A DNA stretch of 15,593 nt from Nitrospinota bacterium (lineage in GTDB: Bacteria; UBA8248), in contig JASLZZ010000024.1 of NCBI GenBank assembly GCA_030754595.1, positions 1 through 15,593 on the forward strand. The letters run 5' to 3'. Positions within the stretch are counted from its first letter, which is position 1. The number at the start of each line of letters is the position of its first letter. Of the stretch, positions 1 through 7,286 are shown in pieces. A program made the position numbers and the translations under genes. The notes below the pieces were generated by a model. That model had not been told where the DNA came from and ran no database searches. It saw only the letters and a program-made list of their open reading frames with translations.

Positions 1-232
1 CATTGCCAGGGCCCGAACCAGGATCGGAATGATGAACCTGGTCTACAACATGCGCCGCCTTGTCTGGTTGGCCAGAGACGGGATACCTGCGCGCGCATGA
101 GAAAAACCGGCCACCGGGAGGCTCTTCGGAGTTCCGATGGCAGAAGATAAAATGGAAAATGGGTATGAATTGTGGCTAAAATGCTGCGATAACACAAAAT
201 CGGGGGAAGTTAGGCGGTTTTTAGAGGTTCCC
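1..232 (+). mobile_element. 3' part of an IS5-family insertion sequence (transposase C-terminus plus right end), truncated by the window edge
   Basis: The transposase tail at 2-100 is followed by about 130 bp of non-coding DNA ending in ...GGTTTTTAGAGGTTCC(C), an IS5-type terminal repeat. Next comes (C)TAA at 232-235, matching IS5-family TAA/YTAR target preference, where glyA coding sequence resumes abruptly. The end may be 231 or 232. Confidence 0.85.
2..100 (+). CDS. IS5-family transposase, C-terminal fragment (partial, not in the ORF track)
   Basis: My translation of frame 2 is IARARTRIGMMNLVYNMRRLVWLARDGIPARA*. This matches the typical IS5 DDE transposase C-terminus (..IGxARAxxxIGxxNLxYNxxRL..). 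Confidence 0.85.
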   Translation: MARARTRIGMMNLVYNMRRLVWLARDGIPARA

Positions 233-233
233 T

Positions 234-1079
234 AATGCCGTTGCCTACGGCGTTGATCCCGAGAACCACGTCATCGACTTCGAGGAAGTCGAGAAGCAGG
301 CCAGGGAGCACAAGCCGAAGATGATTATCGTGGGCGCGAGTGCCTACCCGCGATCCATCGACTACCAGAGGTTTCGCCAGATTGCCGACGAGGTGGATGC
401 GGTGGTCATGGCCGATATCGCCCATATCGCCGGGCTTATCGTCGCGGACGCGCACCCCTCGCCCGCCGGGCACGCCCACATTGTCACCACCACGACACAC
501 AAAACCCTTCGCGGCCCCCGGGGGGGCATAATCCTCGCCGACGTGGAACACGCCGCCGCCATGAGCAAGGCGGTTTTTCCGGGAATGCAGGGCGGCACGC
601 TGATGCACATCATCGCGGCGTAGGCGGTGGCGCTCAAGGAAGCCGCGTCCGACGGGTTTCGCGGCTATGCCGCACAGATTGTTAATAACGCCAAAGCGCT
701 GGCGGAGACGCTAAAAGGAAGAGGGGTCCGGATGGTGTCGGGCGGAACGGACAATCACCTGCTCCTGCTCGACCTGTGCGAGGCCGGCTTCAGCGGACGA
801 AAAGCGGAGGGCGTTCTCGGCCGTGCCGGGATTACAGTCAACAAAAACGCGATTCCCTTCGATACCCGAAAGCCGACGCTCACCAGCGGAATCCGGATAG
901 GAACGCCCGCCCTGACCTCGCGGAAGATGAAGGAGCTCGAGATGCAGGTGATAGGCGGTTGGGTCGCCGATATTTTGAACGATGTCGGGAACGAAGACCT
1001 CACCTCTTCCGTCCGCGATGATGTCCGGGATCTCTGCGCGAAATTCCCCATGTGTCCGGGCGGCGCAAGACCGGAATGA
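234..1079 (+). pseudogene. glyA: Serine hydroxymethyltransferase, disrupted (5' third separated by the IS; internal nonsense codon)
   Basis: From 234 the frame reads [40 protein letters not shown]...ADIAHIAGL...[14 protein letters not shown] (PLP lysine motif)...HIIAA*AVALKEA...SGGTDNHL...VNKNAIPFD...SGIRIGTPALTSR. TAG at 621-623 replaces the usual Lys of HxIAAKAVA. The two track ORFs (321-623 and 627-1079) are in the same frame. Confidence 0.95.
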
Positions 1080-1164
1080 TCCGGAACCTTTCCGGGCGCA
1101 TCTTTCGCGGATTAATCCGCACCTTCCGGGCTTCGGCATATTCCTGCCATCTCTCGTATTCCGT

Positions 1165-2583
1165 CTAATCTCCGTATGGCGCCATTTGGAAGCGAACCGC
1201 GCCCGCCTTCTCCAACTGGTGAACCGCCGCGATGGTTTTGTGATCGTGAAGAGGCGGGCCGATGAGCTGGGCTCCGAGCGGGAGACGCTCATTGCTGAAG
1301 CCGACCGGAAATGAGGTGGAAGGAAACCCCAGGAAGTTGATATGCCGGGTCAGGGCGATCAAGTGGCCCCGCGCAGGGTATTCCTTTCCGGCGATGGTGA
1401 CCGTTTTCGCGGACCGGAGCGGCGCCGGCATCGGCGTCGCTCCGGCCAGGACAAGATCCACCTTTCCGAAAACCTCCTTGAGCACCCGGGCTGTCCACTG
1501 CGAGCGGAACCGCTGGGCCTGGATATAGGTGGGCGCGGGGACGAAAAATCCGATCAGCAGCCGCTCGAGCACCATCGGGTCGTAATCGTCCGGTCGCGCA
1601 CGGACATCCTTTTCGTGAATGGCCGAAGCCTCGGACATCATGAAATTCGTGGCCGTATCGTAGGCGGTTTCGATATCGGGAATGTCCACCTCGATAACCC
1701 GGGCCCCCGCGTCGGCCAGTGCCCGGGCGGTTTCCTCGATCGCCTCGACCACGGCGAGGTCCGACTGATCGGCGTAGTAGCTTCGCGCATGGCCGACCCG
1801 GACTCCCTTGAGCGGCGCGTCCAGGGCCCCGATGAAATCGGGAGCCTCGACCTGGAGCGAACTGGGGTCCTCGGGGTCCGGGCCCGCGATGGCGGACATC
1901 ATCAGGGCGCAATCCTCGGCGGCGGTCGCCAGGGGGCCGAAGCTGTCCAGCGACCACGAAAGCGGAAAACAGGCCGCCTTGGTCACCAGCCCGAAAGTGG
2001 GTTTGTGGCCGATGGCTCCGCAGAGGGATGCGGGAATCCGGATCGAGCCGCCCGTATCCGAGCCGATGGTGATGGAGGCCTGCCCGGTTAGGACGGCGTT
2101 GGCCGAGCCTCCGCTGGAGCCGCCCGAGACCCGCTCCGGGTCCCAGGGGTTTTTCTGGTCGCCGTAGTGGGGATTGTGGCCGGAGGGTCCGAAGGCGAAT
2201 TCGTGGAGGTTGAGTTTTCCCAGGATAACCGCTCCCGCCTCCCTGATCATCCGGGTGATCGGAGCGTCCCCGGTGGCCACGTTGTCGCGGTAGATCAGGC
2301 TTCCTGCGGTGGTGCGGAGCCCGGCCACGTCGATGAGGTCCTTCAGGCCGACCGGAACGCCTGTCAGCGGCCCCCGTGCGGACCCTTCTGCAACGCTGCG
2401 ATCAACCCCGCGGGCCTCGCTCAGCGCGCCTTCCCGGTCCAGGGTGATCCAGGTATTAATGCCCGGCCCGATTTTTTCGGCGCGCTCGAGAAATGCTTCC
2501 GCCACCTCGAGCGCGGAGATTTCCTTCGCCCGGATTTGCCGGGCGAGGGCCGCCGCCGGCAGGCGCGTGATGTCATTCGCCAT
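1165..2583 (-). CDS. Amidase-signature family amidase (GatA/AtzE-like), 472 aa
   Basis: Contains GPLTGVPVGLKD (catalytic Lys), SGGSSGGS and GSDTGGSIRIPASLCG (Ser-cisSer-Lys triad). A GAGGAG Shine-Dalgarno lies upstream of ATG 2583. No gatB is adjacent. Confidence 0.93.
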   Translation of the reverse strand: MANDITRLPAAALARQIRAKEISALEVAEAFLERAEKIGPGINTWITLDREGALSEARGVDRSVAEGSARGPLTGVPVGLKDLIDVAGLRTTAGSLIYRDNVATGDAPITRMIREAGAVILGKLNLHEFAFGPSGHNPHYGDQKNPWDPERVSGGSSGGSANAVLTGQASITIGSDTGGSIRIPASLCGAIGHKPTFGLVTKAACFPLSWSLDSFGPLATAAEDCALMMSAIAGPDPEDPSSLQVEAPDFIGALDAPLKGVRVGHARSYYADQSDLAVVEAIEETARALADAGARVIEVDIPDIETAYDTATNFMMSEASAIHEKDVRARPDDYDPMVLERLLIGFFVPAPTYIQAQRFRSQWTARVLKEVFGKVDLVLAGATPMPAPLRSAKTVTIAGKEYPARGHLIALTRHINFLGFPSTSFPVGFSNERLPLGAQLIGPPLHDHKTIAAVHQLEKAGAVRFQMAPYGD

Positions 2584-2773
2584 GGCCCGGGCTCCTCAGG
2601 ATAGCGCGGTGGCCCATCGGTTCCGAGCCGGGCGCCAGGCCGGCAACGGCTTGATCGTTGGCCCGGTCGAGGGTCTCCAGAAGCGCGGCGAGGCCAGATT
2701 GCCGGTCGGCGTTCAGCTGCTTTCCGAATATTTCTTCGTGGCGGCGCGAAATTTCTTCGTCGGAAACGGACAC
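2573..2773 (-). CDS. Small 66-aa protein, putative accessory subunit of the amidase (GatC/AtzG-like arrangement)
   Basis: GTG start with GGAGA 7 nt upstream. Its 3' end overlaps the amidase ATG by 11 nt. The sequence looks helical and ends in ..LAPGSEP.., and the size and position match small amidase partners. Confidence 0.65.
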   Translation of the reverse strand: MSVSDEEISRRHEEIFGKQLNADRQSGLAALLETLDRANDQAVAGLAPGSEPMGHRAILRSPGHGE

Positions 2774-2820
2774 GAGACATTCTCCGTGAGTTGAGGGTTT
2801 AAACCGGAATTTGAAAAAAG

Positions 2821-2850
2821 ATACTAGCCTGTCCTTTCCGCCGGACGCAA
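2821..2850 (-). promoter_or_regulatory. Putative sigma70 promoter for the small ORF-amidase operon
   Basis: Minus strand reads TTGCGT-N18-TAGTAT, about 48 nt upstream of GTG 2773. Confidence 0.4.
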
Positions 2851-2889
2851 ATCTCGGGAGACTTCCTCAAAGGCCTGGCTTCATGCACG

Positions 2890-2950
2890 GCCTTGGGTTC
2901 CAGCCTTGGATTCTAGCCTTGGGTTCTGGCCTTGAATCCCGGCCATGAAA
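2890..2950. repeat. Imperfect 13-bp tandem repeat, 4 full copies plus a partial copy
   Basis: GCCTTGGGTTCCA (2890), GCCTTGGATTCTA (2903), GCCTTGGGTTCTG (2916), GCCTTGAATCCCG (2929), GCCATGAAA (2942). Confidence 0.85.
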
Positions 2951-2996
2951 GGTGGAAAATCACCCCATCGATTCGGTCCGCCCCCGGGAATGAGAA

Positions 2997-3644
2997 ATGT
3001 TCCTTTGTGGGTTCTTCCGGCGCGCCGGTCCGCTGGCGTTGGCGGGAATTTTGGTTTTTCTCCTCGGGGGATGCACCTATGTCCTCAAGGAGACATTCAC
3101 CCGCGGGCTTCAGGACAGAACCGGTGACGAGCAGCTGGAAGACGCCGGGATAGATGTGGTTTTCTCTGAGAAAATCAACAAGATCAACGCGGACCCGATC
3201 TACGACGTTTTCATCGATGTTTGGAAGGGGCGGGTCATGCTGACGGGGGTGGTGGACGACCCCGGACTGATCCCGACCCTTTCCCGGTTGTCGGACGAAG
3301 ATGTTCATGCAAGGGCCGTTTATAACGAGAACCAGGTTGTTCCGCTGAGGGAAAAGAGGGTTTTAGAGAACACCCTCTCGCCTCTCCAGAAGCTCAAAGA
3401 TCTGTTTATAGAGCTGAATGTCAAAACAAAACTTTTTTCGGACGAAAATGTGAAGTCGGTCAATTATCATCTGCGCTCGGTGCTGAACCGGGTCTACGTC
3501 ATCGGGCGCTCCGAAAGCGCCGCGGAGCGCCGCCTCGTGATCCGGCACATACGGGAGACGCAGGGCGTCAAGAGCATGAAGGAATTTATCGAAACCGCGC
3601 CGCCGGCCCGGGCCAACCAGGCGGCCGGTCTGACGCGGAACTGA
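2997..3644 (+). CDS. BON-domain lipoprotein (DolP/YraP/OsmY-like, two BON domains), 215 aa
   Basis: Hydrophobic signal peptide with lipobox LLGG-C, then DRTGDEQLEDAGI, IDVWKGRVMLTGVV (BON1), and VKTKLFSDENVKSVNY..NRVYVIG...IRETQGVKSM (BON2). Confidence 0.85.
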   Translation: MFLCGFFRRAGPLALAGILVFLLGGCTYVLKETFTRGLQDRTGDEQLEDAGIDVVFSEKINKINADPIYDVFIDVWKGRVMLTGVVDDPGLIPTLSRLSDEDVHARAVYNENQVVPLREKRVLENTLSPLQKLKDLFIELNVKTKLFSDENVKSVNYHLRSVLNRVYVIGRSESAAERRLVIRHIRETQGVKSMKEFIETAPPARANQAAGLTRN

Positions 3645-3670
3645 ACCAACCATTCATTTTTGGAATTTTA

Positions 3671-4614
3671 ATGGCTCGCCTCGGAATACTGGACCAATCT
3701 CCGATTCGAAGCGGAGGCACGGCGGCGGACGCCATCCGCGAGACGGTGCGGCTGGCCGAGGCGGCCGAGCGCCTGGGCTATCACCGCTACTGGGTGGCCG
3801 AGCACCACAGCCACCCCGGCCTGGTGGGGTCATGCTCAGCCACTACAGCCCGCTCAAGGTGGCGGATAATTTTCGGGTGTTGGAGACGCTCTATCCGGGG
3901 CGAATCGTCCTGGGAATCATCCGGGCGCCGGGCGCGGACCTCATCGCCTCGCGCGCGCTGGCGAACGGCGGAAACCCGCTGTCCGTGGAGGATTTTCCGA
4001 GAAAAGTCTCCGACCTGCTCGGCTATCTCGGCGACGGCCTCGAGCCGGGCCACCCCTTCGAAAGCCTCCGGGCGATGCCGGACGGCGAGACCCAGCCGGT
4101 GACCTGGCTGCTCGGCTCGAGCGATCAGAGCGCCATCCTCGCCGCGCATTTTGGCGGCCCGTTTTTCTTCGCTCATTTCATCAACAATCGCGGCGCGGCG
4201 CAGGTTCTGGATATCTACCGCGAGAATTTCAAGCCCTCGCCGCGGCTCACTGCGCCGGAGGCCACCCTGGGCGTGTTCGTTTTTTGCTCTGAGGACGGAG
4301 AGGAAGCCCGGCGCCACGCGGCGAGCCGGGGGTTGTTCTTCCTCAGGACCCGCAAGGGGGAGACGGGGGGCGTACCCTCCCCCGAGGAGGCGCTCTCTTA
4401 TCCCTACACCGAGATGGAGCGCGCCTTCGTGAACGACACCCTGAGCCGGACCATCGCCGGTACTCCCGGGGAGGCGAAGGAGCGGATGCTCGCGCTGGGC
4501 GAGGAGGCCGGGGTCGATGAGTTTATCGTCGTGAACCAGTGCCATGACTTCGGTTTCAGGCTGAAAACTTACGAGCTTCTGGCCGAGGCGTTTGGGCTCG
4601 AGGGGCGGGGATAG
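3671..4614 (+). pseudogene. LLM-class (luciferase-like) flavin-dependent oxidoreductase, YhbW-like; internal deletion with frameshift at about 3826-3829
   Basis: The N-terminus MARLGILDQSPI..GYHRYWVAEHH..PGLVG lies in one frame. GVMLSHYSPLKVADNF..LYPGR..LG..RAPG..WLLGSS continues in another frame. The normally intervening roughly 20+ residues (S.PE.LI..IA..T.RIRVGSG) are absent. Confidence 0.9.
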
Positions 4615-4670
4615 CGGCGAGGTTTTCCTACGAGCGTTTCCCCGCCTTGAACTCTGTCTTGCGGAAGCAG

Positions 4671-5639
4671 CTAGGCCCCGACCGCTATTTCCACTCTCTC
4701 GAAGTCTTGACGGAAGGCTAGCTTCTCCTCTTCGTTCATCTCGCGGAGGGGGGGACGCACATAGCCGCCGGCGAGCCCCATCAGCTTTTGCCAATAATTC
4801 AGGCGGGCGAAGGGCAGGTTCCCGTGATGCCACGGATCCCAGATCCAGCGCTTCGCCATATCGCGCAAGGGTTGCATCGAGGCGAAAATCTCTTTGGCTT
4901 CTTCGAGATTCCCCCGCATGGCGAGATCGGTGTAGGTCTTCATGGGAAGATGTCCTTCCCATTGATAGAGATGGACCGCCGGGCTGGCGAGGAAGACCTG
5001 TTGGCCGTAATACGTGAGATTGAGAAGCCAGTTGTCCTCGCTGGGGTCGCTGACGACGATCAGGTCTCCGACGCGCCGTCGGACTTCATTGGTATGCTCG
5101 ATGCCGCCGACGTTCTTGATGGCGACGATATTGTCGATCTGAGCGACCTTTTCCACCAAGGGAGGAGACATGACATAGCCGGAGGTCGGGGAATTCAGGA
5201 TGAGAATCCCGATGTCCACGGAGGCAGCGATCGTCCGGTAGTAGTTTTCGATCAGTTCCGGGGTGCTGGCCGCGTAAAAAGGATTGATCAGGCACGCGAA
5301 GTCGGCGCCGGCCTTCTCCGCGTGCCGGATCAACTCGATTGAGATCTCAATGCAGGTATGGCCGCACATCGAGACGGTCCGGACGGCTCCATCGGCCTCG
5401 CGAATAAGGAGTTCCTGCGCCCGTTTTCGCTCTTCCACGGTCAATGCCCAGAACTGGTTGATGATCCCCCCCATGTAAAAACCGTCGATTTTCAGAACGT
5501 CGATGAAGTGCCGGAGATCCGAAACGATGCCTTTCTCGTCGAGTTCGAGATTTTTTTTGAATCCATAGGTGCTCGCGCTCCAGATGCCCAGCATATTTTC
5601 TCTTGCAAACTTCTTGGCGTCTCGTTTCAAGTATTCCAT
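4671..5639 (-). CDS. Dihydrodipicolinate-synthase (DapA/NAL) superfamily aldolase/lyase, atypical; probably not true DapA
   Basis: TIM-barrel DapA pattern: LTVEERKR, AEKAGAD..LINPFY, YYRTIAASVDIGILILN, NIVAIKN (Schiff-base Lys175), GYVRPPL. Start placed at ATG 5639 because GGAGGG lies upstream; the track start is 5672. Confidence 0.88.
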   Translation of the reverse strand: MEYLKRDAKKFARENMLGIWSASTYGFKKNLELDEKGIVSDLRHFIDVLKIDGFYMGGIINQFWALTVEERKRAQELLIREADGAVRTVSMCGHTCIEISIELIRHAEKAGADFACLINPFYAASTPELIENYYRTIAASVDIGILILNSPTSGYVMSPPLVEKVAQIDNIVAIKNVGGIEHTNEVRRRVGDLIVVSDPSEDNWLLNLTYYGQQVFLASPAVHLYQWEGHLPMKTYTDLAMRGNLEEAKEIFASMQPLRDMAKRWIWDPWHHGNLPFARLNYWQKLMGLAGGYVRPPLREMNEEEKLAFRQDFERVEIAVGA

Positions 5640-5681
5640 GTTCTTTCCCTCCGCCACGTGAAAATTCGACAACTGGCGCCC

Positions 5682-6848
5682 TTAAAGAAGAGCGGCGCAC
5701 TTCATCCGGAAGATGTCCCCGCTCCCCGCGCCATGAAGCGAGGAGATGACGTCCCGCATGTATTTCTCCACATTCATGTCCTTCATGTAGCCGTAGCCGC
5801 CCAGGATGTCCATCGCCATAGTGGCGACACGGAAAGCCGTCTCGGAGCAGAGGGTCTTAGTCAGGAAGGCGAGCTTCACGTCATATTCCTCGGCGTAGTC
5901 CACCGCCCAGGCCGCGCGATAGAGAGCGGTCCGGGCGGCCTCCAGGCTCATCCACATTTCACCCAGCTGGCGGGCGATGTTTTGGTGTTCGATGATGGGT
6001 TTTCCCCCCTGGACGCGTTCGCGGGCGTGCGCCAGAGCCGCCTCGAAAGCCGCCCGGCCGGTGCCCAGTACGGTGGCGCCGTAACTGCCCCGGCCATAGG
6101 TCCGTCCGCGGTGCAGATCCCATGCCCTGTTCTCCTCCCCCAGACGGTTGATGACGGGCAAGCGGCAATTCTCGAACACGAGCTCTGCGTTCATGAGAAG
6201 CCGCCGCCCCATTTTGTCGAGGTACCGGCCCACCCGGAAGCCTGGCGTGCCCTCGGGGACAAGGAAGGCGGTAGTGCCGCTGGTGACGCCCACGGAAGGG
6301 TCCGTCCGCGCCATGACAATGTGCATTTTGGCCGCGCCGCCGTTCGAGATGAATATCTTGGTGCCGTTCAGGACATAGTCCCCCCCCTGCCGATCGGCTC
6401 GCATCATCAGCCCCGCGCCCGGCTCATCGGATGTGAACACGTTTTCGGTTCCGGCGTCCGGTTCGGTGAAGGCGATGGCCATCAGGTAGGTGTCGTCTTC
6501 CATGAAAGTGGGGAGAAACAGCTCCCGTTGTTCTGATGTGGCGGCGAGGGCCGGACCGTATTTCCAAGTCTGATCGAAAGCGTAGGCCACGCCCAGGTCG
6601 CCCCAGCCCAGTTCCTCCCCCACGACAACGATGGTGAGAGTGTCGACGCCGCCTCCGCCGTATTCCTCCGGGATCGTGAGGGTGCGGAGGCCCAGCTTTG
6701 AGCCTTTCCGGATCACGTCCCAGTCCATGCACATTGCCGGATCCTGGATGCGGTCCTTCTCGCCGGCGATGGGGCGGATCTCACGCTCGGCGAATTCATG
6801 GGCCAGACGCCTAAGAGCGAGCTGCTCCTCGGTCAAAGTGAATTCCAT
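5682..6848 (-). CDS. Acyl-CoA dehydrogenase-fold flavoprotein, 388 aa
   Basis: MEFTLTEEQ, IPEEYGGGG, AFTEPDAGT, YVLNGTKIFISNG, DKMGRR..AELVFENCRLP, ERVQGGKPI..HQ, ILGGYGYMKDMNVEKYMRD. Confidence 0.95.
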   Translation of the reverse strand: MEFTLTEEQLALRRLAHEFAEREIRPIAGEKDRIQDPAMCMDWDVIRKGSKLGLRTLTIPEEYGGGGVDTLTIVVVGEELGWGDLGVAYAFDQTWKYGPALAATSEQRELFLPTFMEDDTYLMAIAFTEPDAGTENVFTSDEPGAGLMMRADRQGGDYVLNGTKIFISNGGAAKMHIVMARTDPSVGVTSGTTAFLVPEGTPGFRVGRYLDKMGRRLLMNAELVFENCRLPVINRLGEENRAWDLHRGRTYGRGSYGATVLGTGRAAFEAALAHARERVQGGKPIIEHQNIARQLGEMWMSLEAARTALYRAAWAVDYAEEYDVKLAFLTKTLCSETAFRVATMAMDILGGYGYMKDMNVEKYMRDVISSLHGAGSGDIFRMKCAALL

Positions 6849-6986
6849 TAGACATCCCGCCTTATTTTGAAATCTTCAAGATCGAGATTTACGTCGGGGC
6901 AGTGGCTGTCAGGAGTGGCGCCCCATAAGCCACCGAATTTCTCTTGGGCAAACTCAGTTGTTTCCGCCTTTTTTATATTGCGCCCG

Positions 6987-7015
6987 ATTATGCGGTGATG
7001 TCCGCAATCTAGCAA
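6987..7015 (-). promoter_or_regulatory. Putative sigma70 promoter of the ACAD-aldolase operon with an embedded palindromic operator
   Basis: Minus strand reads TTGCTA-N17-CATAAT. The inverted repeat TGCGG-N6-CCGCA (6991-7006) occupies the spacer and touches the -10 box. Confidence 0.45.
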
Positions 7016-7286
7016 ATTCCGACCTTATTTTCTTATCTCGGGGGCGCTTCCCGCTGAGAAGTCCTCAAAGTCTGAAAAAAGATATCTTCTAAGGCTGTCC
7101 CCCGTAAGCCAAAATCACGGTGCATAAGCGATTTTCTCCATTTTGGGGCGAAATGGTCTCTGCCTTCCTGACCAAGCGCCGCTTGCAGCTCAGCGCCATC
7201 CATAGCCGGACACAGCTCGGCAGTGATGGGTCAGCGGAAAGGCCGAGGCCTTCGGACTCGAGGGGCGGGGGTAGCGGCGGGCTTTC

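Noticed and set aside
621..623. In-frame TAG in glyA as stop-codon recoding (pyrrolysine or alternative code)
   Set aside because: TAG is the normal terminator of the amidase, LLM, DapA-like, typA, ggt and NAGPA genes here, and glyA is already broken by an IS.
1087..1131. Perfect palindrome GCGGATTAATCCGC (1107-1120) flanked by near-direct repeats ACCTT(T)CCGGGC between convergent genes
   Set aside because: It is short, has no U-tract and occurs once; it may aid termination, but no function can be supported.
1165..2583. Calling the amidase gatA
   Set aside because: There is no adjacent gatB, and the sequence resembles general catabolic amidases, so the symbol is not supported.
2890..2950. 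CRISPR array
   Set aside because: The units are 13 bp, directly adjacent, with no spacers and no cas genes.
4671..5639. Calling the aldolase dapA
   Set aside because: The GTTGE motif and catalytic Tyr are missing, and there is no lysine-pathway context.
5358..6536. 392-aa plus-strand ORF (likewise 3787-4962 minus and other overlapping track ORFs)
   Set aside because: These are antisense or alternative-frame shadows of well-supported genes.
6904..7111. Similar motifs GGCTGTC..CCCCATAAGCCA (6904-6932) and GGCTGTCCCCCGTAAGCCA (7093-7111), the latter after CTAA like an IS end
   Set aside because: There are only two imperfect short copies, with no matching inverted partner or transposase remnant.
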